Shown in pieces: positions 36,478 to 47,720 of a stretch of DNA of 64,000 nucleotides. The position numbers and the translations under genes were made by a program. Position 1 is the first letter of the stretch, and each line of letters starts with the position of its first letter. The notes below the pieces were generated by a model. It did not search any database, had not been told where the DNA came from, and was given only the letters and a program-made list of their open reading frames with translations. Origin of the DNA: Marsupella aquatica (taxonomy: Eukaryota; Plantae; Marchantiophyta); assembly GCA_973895155.1 (NCBI GenBank), contig OZ316899.1:12403934-12467933 (forward strand). The letters run 5' to 3'.

Positions 36478-39400
36478 CTATAAACTACCAGATGTTTTTG
36501 ATGCGGAGCTTTCAGATTTGTCTGTGGACTCGGCTTTGTCATCAATGTACTTGCTTCGGGAAACATCATCTATATAAGGGTTGCTCATGAACTTCCTGTC
36601 TGCTCCCCTCTGAAGACGTAGATCTTTTGTTTCCCAACAAAAAGTTCTAATTTTGTCAACCCTCCTAGCGGCATTTTCAGCGTATGAGGGAAAAACAAAC
36701 GGCTTCTCAGGATTGACAATTATATTCCTAGCTAGTCTCCTCCGGAGTTGGAAATGCTTCCTCAGATTCCATTCTGACCTGATCCAGTAAAACGGAAAAA
36801 CATATGAGTTTAGGAGATAAGAGAGCAAGAACCCATAATTGTCAACAACACTTGAAAGGATAAAGAAGCTTACTGGAAGAACATTACTCGTCTGATTCTT
36901 CGCTCTTCTCCGAAGAATCTTCCTCCTGTGTTTTCTCTGTGTCATCTCCGACGTCTCCAGAGGTACCTTCCTCTTCGTCATAATCAAAATTGAGAACAGA
37001 TCGGAGCCTATCTTTCTTTTTGCAACCACTTAAATTGGTCGGAACATGCCTGGGATCAAGAAGTTCTAAGAAAACCCTTGATGCGGTCTCAACAAACTCA
37101 CGCCTATTTTCCAACCCAATCACAAAATGACCAGAAAAATCACCAGCAATGAATGTGCTTCCTGAACCTACAGTCCAGTCAAGGACAATATCTCCAGGAA
37201 GAGTAAAAAGCTCTATCACTGACTGCATAAAACCAACCGAAAGACAGGCGTTCCCAACAAAATCCAACTCCGGGCAATGATCTGTCTTCAAGGTTTGGAG
37301 CCCAATCAAGTTAGAGATCGAAGGATCTTCACTTATTGATAGAGGCTTAAACCTTCGATCCTTTGGTACCTTTCCTTTTGAAGAAGTTCGACAAAATATG
37401 TCTAGCCTAAGGGTAAATACCTGCACGCATCACACACGTTTGGCTCAAATTATCAACCGATGGGTAATGTTCGAGAACTACAGCAAAGACTAAATTAGCA
37501 CCGGGCGCTGTCATGAGGTTTCCATCCTAAAGGAGGAATCCTCATATTTTGTGAAGGAAGTTGAAACCTATTTTACTTCTAACTTGGGCAAGTTGACTTG
37601 ACTTGAGCTAACTTGACCAAGGTGAAGGAGGAAGTAGAGTTATGAGGGTCAAGGTAGGGATGAGGTCAAGCCTACCCACCCTTGTTACTATTGTGGGGTA
37701 TGTTTTTCATTTGTGACCAGCGATTAAGTTATCATTTGGCGGATTGGCGGAATGGAGGTTGCTTGCTCAACAAGCAAGGTATTTAGGGTTTTGGCAACAT
37801 GGTGACCAGGTTCATTGAATACATGGAGGAGGTGACCAGGTTCAAGGCATGTAAGAGGGTTTGGTCCAAGTGCATCAGTTTTGTGAGATTTGGACCAGAT
37901 TCAGATTTTTGTGTTAAATGGACCAGATTCAATGTATCTACTTCAACGGTGGATCTTGGTTTTGGTTAATGGATGGTTTGGATTGAAGGTGGAGATGTGA
38001 GTTAGGGCTTGGTGGAGGTCGTGGCTTTTTCAAAAATGTCGAAGCTCATTTGGTTTACAAGTTACTAAGGAGGGGTTTTTTGGCTCATTTTTGGCCGTTT
38101 GATCTAATTGGTGTGAGATTGAGGGCTGTGATTCAACGAGGATTAAAACCATAAGTGGAGGGGCTTGTGGGTGCTCTGGGCCTTCCCACGTGGGTACTAA
38201 AGGAGGAAGTTCGAGTGGCCAAGAGTTCGGAGGTTAGATGCTGCTGAAGTGCTGCCGTTTTGCCATTTTGGAGTGTTAAGTCCCATTTTTAGTTGTAGGA
38301 GCGAACCTCTTGAGGGGAGCTCGAGCATGAGGCATGAGTGAAGGGGGAGCCCTCCTCCTTGGCCATGGCCTTAGGATTTTGAGGGTAGGAGATGTAGAGG
38401 CAATTTTGTGAAGAGATAGATGGAGTAGAAGCTTTGAATGTGAAGAGATTGAGTTTTGTGACGGTTTTTCTAGGGATTTGGAGAGAGGTTTCGAATGTAG
38501 GAGAGGCTGACTCGAAGCCTTAGGAAGGAGGTAGGATGTGAGTAGGAAGTATAAGGGGCTTGCATGAGAGATTGCCCACAAGAAGGCATACTCGAAGTAG
38601 GTTTGTTGCTTCAAGTTTTGAGGAGAATGGACTTGTAGGAGATTTTCGAAAGCTTAGAGGAGATGAGACCTAATCTTGTTGAAGCTTGGGAGTCTTGCAT
38701 TAGAGATGGCTCACTAAGAAGGCCTACTCTCTTGTAAACTCCTTGACTTGAAGCTTCGAAAGTAGATTTGGTTGATAGAAGGAAGTATGAGAGAAGGAGA
38801 CTAGGGTTTTGAAGCTTGGATAGGCTATGGAGGGATTTTGAATGCTTGGTTGATGATTAGACTTGGTGATGATTCATTTTTTCTAGGAGGGTCTTGCTTG
38901 TGACCCATGTTTTTACTTGGAGACCATGATGCTACATGTGCCTTCTTGCTATGCATTTAGAGGAGAGGTATCCTCGTTTTTGAGATGTGTGTTGATGCCT
39001 TGCTTTGGCTATGAGTGATGGAATGGTTAGAATGAATGTCTTCATGCCATTTTCGAATGTTGTTGTGAGCTTGAAGGTGTTTTTGAAAGTAGATGGGTTG
39101 GATGAAGGTACTTTCAAAAGTAGTTATTATGCATGAGGGAAGTTGCAAGAGTAAAGAGTGAAGGCATTTTTGATTGATGGAATGGGTTGTTTGTGGATTG
39201 TACTTGGTGGTTCTACTAGAGGAAGGGACTAAGGTCAATTCCATGTTTGTTAAGGAGTTTGTTGACCAACCCTAGGTCATTTTTCGAAAGTAGTTTTCCA
39301 TGTTTCAACAGTTGGATGTTTGAATGGTGCATAGAGATCCCTTGCATACCTTTGGATGTCCCACTTGTCTTAGCCACAACCAAGAGTGACCCGTAACTTG

Positions 39401-42400
39401 ACCACATTGATGTAAGCTTGAACTTGTGTACCTTAGAGGGTTGCAAGGGATTGTGTGCAATCAAGTGTTGGAAAAGGAATGGTGACCAATTGAATGTTGG
39501 GCTTAGACTTGTGAGGATTACATTGGGAAGCTTGAACTAGTTATTTTGATTGTGATTGGATATGAGTATGTAAATGGCTTGAGTTTCGAAAGCATGCTTG
39601 CTTGCTTGTGATGATGTGGATGAAAGGTTAGGGTAGATACTTTGTCTTGTTTGCAACCGTTTCCTATCTCTCAAGCAGCCATACACCCTGCGTGTCCCTT
39701 GAGGCCCTTTCCCACCTCTTTGCTTATCCTCAGGACAGCGCTAACAATAAACAAGAGATGCAACGATCTATACCTGAATATTGGTGTTTGCTCTGTACAT
39801 GGGCATAGACATGATGACATTGTGAGAATTGACACAATGGAACTTTTTTGACTGCTGGCATGCTGAAATGACCTGCGAGACCTGGTCATGGTCATCTAAA
39901 TACAAGATTGCAAGCATGCCATCATCAGAAAGGAAAGGGTCCATCGCTTTGAAGAAAGAACTGGGAACTGTGTGGTCTGGTACATTCCACTTTGGAACCC
40001 GACGGTCCATGAGCGTAGGTTTAAGTCCAGTAGGAAGATAGATGAATCCTGCATTGACACCAAACGATCTTTCTTTTCCTCCTCTGATTACTCCCTTTAC
40101 TCGGGAACCCGACTTGATTAAGTCCCGTCCCCATTTCTCTGCATCAGTCATCCAATCTGGTTTCGCTGCTTTGTTGAAAGTAGTATCAATAAATTCTTGG
40201 ATACTTGTTTCCACCATGCAATGCCTAGAAGATTTGCTCTTGAAGGTTCCCACATCTCTCTGAACACCAGTTCCAGCGGCATCATCTGGGGAAAATTCTC
40301 CAGCTTGAATTGCCCTTTTCTTCTTCTTCTTTGTATTGGTTGCATCAAGAGGGACGATCTCTTTCGCTTTGTCAATTGGAGTTACTGGGTCTGACTGGGC
40401 ACCGGTATTGGCTTCGGAAGGCTCCAGAGTGGCATCTACTTTTGTTTCATTGGTTGCAGCATCAGACTTTCTCCCACCTAAAGGAAAAAGAGTAGAATTT
40501 ATTCAATGCTAAATAATAGCACCAGTCGCTGTCCAAACCAATTGAAAAAACAAACCAATAGACATAGTCATATAGCAGCGCTTGGCGCTAACCAAAATGT
40601 GAAGCTACAAGCTGAATGACAACTTAAGTTTTTTGGCGGACCGCGTTGAGGTACTCGGTGCCGCAGCTTTGGTTTTTGCTTTGGCTCTGGGTTTACGACT
40701 TCGATCAACATGAACAACCGTAGTTTTGCACACCGATTGCAATTCTGCCGCCGACTTGCTCACATCACCTTTGATTCCTGCTTCATGTCGGACACAAACT
40801 TGGGAGGGACCTGAGACTTTGAAAGCTTATGAAATGCGTCTTTCTCAATGTCTCTAAATGGAGAGTCCCATCTATCGGTGTCCAAATACCAAGGACAATG
40901 AATTCTCTCCCATTCTGACAGTTTCCTTGGTGGAAGACACCCTTCAGCGGGATACATTGAATACACATCGGCCAGTATGTCTCCTTCGGGAACAACGATC
41001 CACTTTTGGAAAGCAGCAGGGTATGCCCAAAAGTAATTTGGCTTCACAATCTCCATATGCATGAAGAAACGGTACAGGTATCATTTGGCCCTCTTCTGAT
41101 TCTTGAGGGTGTAGTCAGCCTTGTCGGGATACTTGGAAGGCCACATTGTATTAAAAAACTTGCCTTTCACAGCGTCCCCAAATTTCTTGAAGTCATTTGA
41201 GACTATTTCAATAAGCGATTCAATCGACTCACACTCCCACTCCTGCAACCGATTGGCGTGGACTATATCATTGACCTGGCGTAGGGAGGTTTGTAGCAAA
41301 CCAATAGCGATTCCCTCCACAGTGTTCCAAGTTTTCTAGGTATGGCACCGTTGCTTCACTGGATCGTCATTAACGCTCTGTGGATGGAAGAATTGTTTCC
41401 TCAGCTCCGGTGTACAATGGGCAACCAGAAGGGTACTCCTCAGCTTGGGGTCGAGGGCAAAGACAGCGGTAACCAATCTTGCTCGATCCATTGTACAGAC
41501 AATTGCATCCGGATTCTTCTCTCTCTTATTCTTCTTTGTGAGGGGGTACATCTCAGCACATGTCCGCATGAAATCCTCAAAAGTGGGGCTTAACAGAGGA
41601 GTGATTTTTGACACCTTTATCGCCCAATCCTTTGTTGCCTCCATCATCGCTGCATGTCTTTTTGAAATCTCTGCGGGAGACCAAGGTGTACCCTGAGCGG
41701 CAGCATGTTCCAGATCCATCTTAAACTGTCTAGAATTAGACTTGATCTTATTCTCACACAAGATGTACAGAAGCGCTTCTTGAGGCATTTTTTTCGTATA
41801 CCACGATCCCTTCCGTGTTTTCTGCATGATCTACCCAAACTTCTTGAAGTTTGCAGCGTCAATGATAGACTTGTAGTAATTCAGTTCATTCGAGAGAATT
41901 TGGTTGATACGGTCTGCATCAAGTATCCAAGAGAGTTCGACCACTACCTACCCAAGCCTGAAAACGAGAGAGGGAGTCAGTAGCGCCCGACGCTAGTGAA
42001 ACACTATGATCATAGATTAGAATAGAAATATATTGGAAGAGACACTTATTGGTTAACAGTGTGCATTGCCGCCTCAATCTCGATCAAGGACCCCTTTTCT
42101 CCCTTGAATATTGTGCACTGGACACGAGGATGGTATTTCATATCATCTGGATTCTCCTTTGTGACGATGGACCATGCGTAGAGTTGATGGTTTCCATCAA
42201 ACACAAAAAACATCTTATCCTACAGGACGCAGAAGTCAGGGTTGGCAGCGCATTCCGCCTCAAACTTTTCGTTCTCTGCGACCCAAATTGCATCCAGGAA
42301 GCACGAATCTCTGGCGTGCAGATCTGGACTTCTCCATTGGAATCTGTTGGTTGGACGTAAAACAGCATGCCGATCTTAGGATTGTATCTTGTGCTCTGAA

Positions 42401-42800
42401 AGGAGTCTTTCAGCTTCTCTATCGAAGGGCTTCCCTTCTGTAATGTCCGTACTACTTCCATATGAAGTAGTCGGCACATTGGAATCCTTGGCGGATCCTT
42501 GTCATGTCCTCGGAAATCTTTTCCAAATGACATAATGTGTTTGGAGATCACATCGTAAACAGTCAGCAACGTCTCTCCAAAGACCTCCATAGCAAACGAA
42601 TTAGAATCATCCATCTTCCCTCTCTTGCTATTCGGGAACAATACAGCGGGTTGTGCTTCAGGGGCTCGCGAAGCAGTGGATCGAGTCACTCGACGACTAT
42701 ACACAGATCCTGAAAATGAGCACTCAGATGTTTGCGAGGGGACGACCTCTCTGTGTCGGTTTCCACTAAAGCATTGAGAGGAGGATAAGGCAGGGTCCAT
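36478..42800 (-). pseudogene. M2 cargo gene: ParB/Srx-like + permuted N6/N4 DNA-methyltransferase-like protein (5 exons, ~1200 aa reconstructed)
   Basis: Exons ~42800-42050, ~41958-40625, ~40478-39774, 37420-36888 and 36778-36478. Motifs FFVFDGNHQLYAW, FFKAMDPFLSDDGMLAI and IELFTLPGDIVLDWTVGSGSTFIAG..GHFVIGLE..EFVETA; frameshifts and stops present. Confidence 0.84.
37509..39737. mobile_element. Solo LTR D (2229 bp) in an intron of the M2 cargo gene
   Basis: Inverted termini TGTCATGAGG...CCTCAGGACA, GCGC duplication, absent from the M1 intron. Confidence 0.8.
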
Positions 42801-43425
42801 TGCTCGCACAAGGGCGAAGGAAGCACTGACGACCACCGTGCTCTTTCCGTACTGCAAACGGAAAAAACCCGTCACACAGCTTCGATCGTACTGTACTTAA
42901 CATGGGAAATAAGAAGAATCTAGAGCACAGAGCATGACATATACGCTAAGGAAACTGAACTCCTGGCCTGGATCTATGACACATGTCGTTATCTTATTTG
43001 ACAACACATAAGGGGATCAATGTATTGAGGGTCATGCAACCTATAGTTACCGTTGAATATGACCGTTGAAAGGAAAACCTGACGTTAGATGGACCCCAAC
43101 CTTTTGGATTGTTATGAATAGCGCCAGGCGCTAAACATAAATTGACTCTGCATGGACCTCTACTTTTGCAATGTTTTTAATAGCGCTTGGCGCTATTCAT
43201 CATCTGATATTTCTAGAACAAAAGGGTTCTTCCTAAATAACGTTTTTTGTTAATGTCGTTGATTGTAAATGACGTTGATATAATGACAAAATACATATAT
43301 GGTGTTAGAGGATTGTCTTATTATAACGGCTTTAGGGAACTGTTAGTCAGGATCGATAACAGTCCTCGTCGGTGGAATTTTGATTCATAATTTTCCTACA
43401 CTCATTCGCTTCCAAGGCTTCTGTG

Positions 43426-46400
43426 ATGTCTCAGTCAATCGTAGTTACCCGTATGTCCACCGGTGACATTGTTTCCATTCCAGTGTCTGTGGCCGAAAGG
43501 TACAGGCAAATAAGTGAGGTTTATCTTTGTGGAAGGTTTGATTTGCGCATGAATGACATAAAGGCAATCGTTCAGGAGGGAACGGAAGCCAATGACTTTG
43601 AATCTATCGCACTTTTTGATGTCGATGACGGGGTGAGATTTTGGCACCTTAATGTTGGGTTGCGCTACTCCATTGTTGTTCGGGAACCAAATCAAGGAGA
43701 TTGGCAATCCCCTCAGAGGGATCCGGTGGATGTAGTTGCTCTTTCCGATAGTGATGATGAGGAGCCACCAAGGATCCCCTTCGTGGAGCCTTCGGCGCCT
43801 GAAGTGGTCTTGGTCAAAGAGGAGATGCCATCGTCGCAATCCCATATTGTATACCGGAGAAGTGCAATGGACGCGCTGCTCAAGTCAACTGGGTCCAACA
43901 AACTTTCAAGGTTCATTTCGGCTGGAAACTTCCGGCATGAACAAGTACCTTGTTTGCCACCGAAGTACAATGGAAATGTAGTGTTTGAGTTGCCTCCATT
44001 GTCGGGAATTCTTTCAAAAGGATCCCGTCTACAGGACATGGACCGAACCAAGGATTGCTACATCTGGACTAGAATATTTCCTACCACTACAAACGTGCAG
44101 CCCAAGAAATACTGGGAATTCGGTAAAGTCACTTGTACTGGATTTATTGAGTGCAGGAATAAAACTTGTGACTACTTCCGCCGAAGAAGAGGAGGAATGC
44201 AAAGGCATGGGCTGGTACCCCAAAACTTGGAGGCTCTCACCGTGTTGGATCGTTCATTGAGCAGGGTGGAGTTGTTTGTCATTATTGCCAGCAGCTCCCT
44301 TTTTGTGTAGAGGCATGCTCTGCAAGACTGTTTTATATGTATCCTCAAGTTCTGCTTGACTCAAATACCTGTAGTCACATGTCTTGCCTTGCGATTCATA
44401 CGGGCACCCACAACCATCCTTGTCGTAAGGTATTTTCCCGGAGTGCGGAAAAGGTAGTTGAAGATGTCATAAAAAAGAAATTGGAAGGCAATCCAACTTG
44501 GACGCCTGCCAGGATTAAAAATGTAGCGACAGGATCTTTTGTACAGTCTTTGTGTGAGAGCCTAGGTGAGATTGAAGATATCGAAGAGACAGAGATTTTC
44601 CAGTCTCTAATGGTAGTTTCTACTCCACAGAAGTTTGCATCTCTTTTCAGGAGTGTTAGGCAGGACCAGAAAGGCCGTGGAGAGTTGGATTTTCTTGTTC
44701 GGTATCAAAAGAATATCAACATGCCTTTTCTACACAGGTACATCCTTCCAGGTCAAGGATCTCAAGAAGACAGACCTCACATATTTAAGATGACTTCCAA
44801 AGGCCATGGGTCTGGGGTGGATCTTTTGCGGCAAATGCAACCTGGAGGGATGCTTGAAGGTGCCTGGGTAAGCTTCGATGTCATGAAATGAATGACCAAG
44901 GATTGGGTGACTTTTAGCGCACACGTTTACGATCACAATTACCGCGCATTGTGTACAATATTTACTTGCGAGCTAAAAGCTGAGGACACGGCGTCATTCG
45001 AGAAGGCTTGGAGATTAATGATTGAGGTTTCCAAAGAGAATGGGTTAGATAATCCAACCATTCATGGCTTCATGGCAGACAATGCCCAAGCCGGATGGTT
45101 AGCAGTCCGAAATGTTTTTTTTGGAGGGCACCCAAACCCTGAACGAGAGAGGACGGACGCTTTTCATTTTTACCAAGCTTTTCATCGCCATTCTGTTGAA
45201 GGAGTGTTGGAAGAGAAGCAGGCGAAACATCGAATGCTATGGGATAAATTACGGAATGCACCAACATTTGTAGAGGCTTACCGACTTTCAAGAGAGATTG
45301 ACCTATGGTGGTAGTCGGGTAATTGCTTACTTGGAAAGAAGTGTTTACAAAAGATAGCAAACAGGAAACAGGATTTAATAACAAAAACTGGTAACAAGAA
45401 AAAAAACTAGTAACAGGAAAATGGATGGAATTTTTTTTTGATTTTTTTTTTTTTGAGAAAAAAAAAGTTTTTTTTTTGGTCAACCAGTTTTTTTTGCTAC
45501 AGCCCAAAGCTAGCCAAAAATGTTGCATTGTTAATTTTTTTTGGAAATAACATGTTTTATGAGACATTTTTAAATTGTCATTTTTCCTGGTAACAGTGAT
45601 TTTTTCTTGGTAACAGCATTTTAAAAACAGGAAAAAAAAATCTTGTTTACCTGTTTCTTGTCTCCGTCGCTATACCCCCTGGAAAGCTCCGAATGCTTCA
45701 AAGTTGGATATCGTGGTGGGTCGTGCGTTGGAGGCAGTGGGGAAATTTTATTCGCTTGGTGAGTAATAGCGCTTGGCGCTAGTAATATGCAAGTCAGATT
45801 GCTTTGTAGAAGTACATTTTTCAGATGACATTCCTCAACATTCCATCCAAAGAATCCAAATAATGTAATTGATTCTCAAATATTGACCTGTTTATTTTCA
45901 TAAACATGTGATTACACAATAATATTGATGGTTTTGTCTAAATGTTCTGCCTAGCGCCTGGCGCTAGTATGTTTTGCGGATTCTTACCAGTGTTTATGCT
46001 TTGTCGTTCTAGGACAAAAGTGCTGAAGAAGGCGCTAGGATTCCTAACTATACCGGGTCAGAGTCTGTTCATGCGGGAATGAAAGCATGGGTAATGAAAA
46101 AAAAAGTTGGGCTCTTTGAGGCATGTGAAATGGATCAGAATCGAGCTATATCGCAGGTTGCAGCATATACCACATATCGGAAAGGATTGAGTAGAGGAAG
46201 AGGTCCTACAATATGGGAACTGGCTTTCCGTTCAGCTGACCAGGCAGGTTCCCCAGAGCTGTTCGAGGATGCGATGAACATGCTCCTCTCCAATGCAGCT
46301 GAGTTTGACTTGGAGAGAAGCGTTCCTCTCAACGGAGATGTTACAAAGTCTGTCAAGAGGAAAGGACCTGCAACTGGGATTGTCTCGCCACAAGACTCCC

Positions 46401-47536
46401 ACCGACATGATAAAGTCCTTATCACATCGCCGAATACCAGATCAATCAAGCGTAAAAATCTGCACCACACAATGTTTGCTTCCATATCGGAAGAAAAACC
46501 TGATGACATTTCCGTTGTCAATCTCTCAGGAAGTGATGATTCGAGGGATGTAGATCGTGATGATTTCAGTACACCGCAGAGTCGACATCAATCACGTTCA
46601 ACACAATACCCACAAAGCGCCCCCGCTGTACTTCAGCAGACATTGCTCCAATCTCCAGTTCTTGAAACAGAATTCATGCAGGGTTCATGGCATCTGTGTC
46701 AGACATCAAGATTTGGGGCCGGTCCACAGTGCAACACGTCATTTGGCGGTAGTTCCGAGAGAGACGAGGGTCGAAATAGAGTGAAGAAAGTTGGGTTCCC
46801 CTCATCAAACAATGTCATTGGAATTGTTGTCAAAGGACAATGCATGTTCAGGGGGGAACCCATAGCCAAAATGATATGGTTCTGCCCAAACAACACATGC
46901 TATCGGGGCCGTCCCCGCCGTGGTGTAGTGAACCTGCCCTCCGTTCCTGATGTTCTTCCTGTTATAAAAGGAACAAATGTTTCGGAAGCTGAGATGAAGT
47001 ATCTTGTTGACCAGGGAATACCTATAGCCCGAGGAAGAGACGGTCCTCTACCTCCACCATCACTTTTCGAGCTTTGAATCAATGTAAACTTATTTCCAGA
47101 GAGAGTGAATCTTTTGGAACCCACTGTTCGTCTCCAAAGTCGGAATGGAAAGAACACGGTTCCTCGATCGACCTTGACCCATGGTCACATGAAGAGGATT
47201 GAATCTGCAAGAAAAGAGACCATGTCCGTCTAGGGACAATGGGATGTTTCTATTGGGAACTCATGGGGGAAGCAATTCAAAGTACAAACACATGAGAATC
47301 TAAGGACGCCGAATAGTTACTTTGTGCAGATTTGTATTTTCCCGACTTGTTCTTGTGAGGATTTCTATCGTCGACATTCTCGCAGACATCCATATATGCC
47401 TTGCAAACATTTGTACTGGGTTTTCCATACCGTTTTCAAACTAGACGTTGAGGAATCTACTTTGACCAGCCAACCAATTCTCACAGTTGGAGAAGTCCGA
47501 CTGATCTTGGAGAGGGAGAATGCTCATGGTTTATAG
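43426..47536 (+). pseudogene. M2 transposase: GCM/WRKY-like zinc domain + MULE-type DDE + SWIM zinc finger
   Basis: KVTCTGFIECRNKTC...IHTGTHNHP; WVSFDV, FMADNAQAGW..DAFH and GSESVH as D, D, (C/D)xxH and E; CSCEDF...PCKHLYW as SWIM. Intron at 45759-46012; stops, frameshifts and a MITE insertion. Confidence 0.85.
45338..45677 (+). mobile_element. 340-bp non-autonomous (MITE-like) derivative of the M family
   Basis: Same asymmetric termini as M2 (GAAGTGTTTACAAAAG.../...GTCTCCGTCGCTATACCC); 8-bp TSD CTTGGAAA/CCTGGAAA. Confidence 0.88.
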
Positions 47537-47702
47537 AGAAGTATATATTTGTCCTATACTTGAAACGGTTATATTAGTTTTTGTCGTATTACAACGATAT
47601 AGTTTTATGTTAGCGCCTGGCGCTAGGATGGAAGTCTTCCTTATTATCATTTACTTCATTGTAATCCTATCACTACAAATGATATTTTAAATTTGTGTTT
47701 CC
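47418..47702 (+). repeat. ~285-bp direct duplication, first copy (second copy at 52317-52604)
   Basis: Near-identical sequence covering the transposase C-terminus and 3' flank. Confidence 0.9.
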
Positions 47703-47720
47703 TGTTAGAATATATTTAAC

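Noticed and set aside
36478-42800. Bacterial contamination or a prophage ParB-MTase locus
   Set aside because: The gene has conserved GT-AG introns and is interleaved with plant retroelements through TSD-verified junctions.
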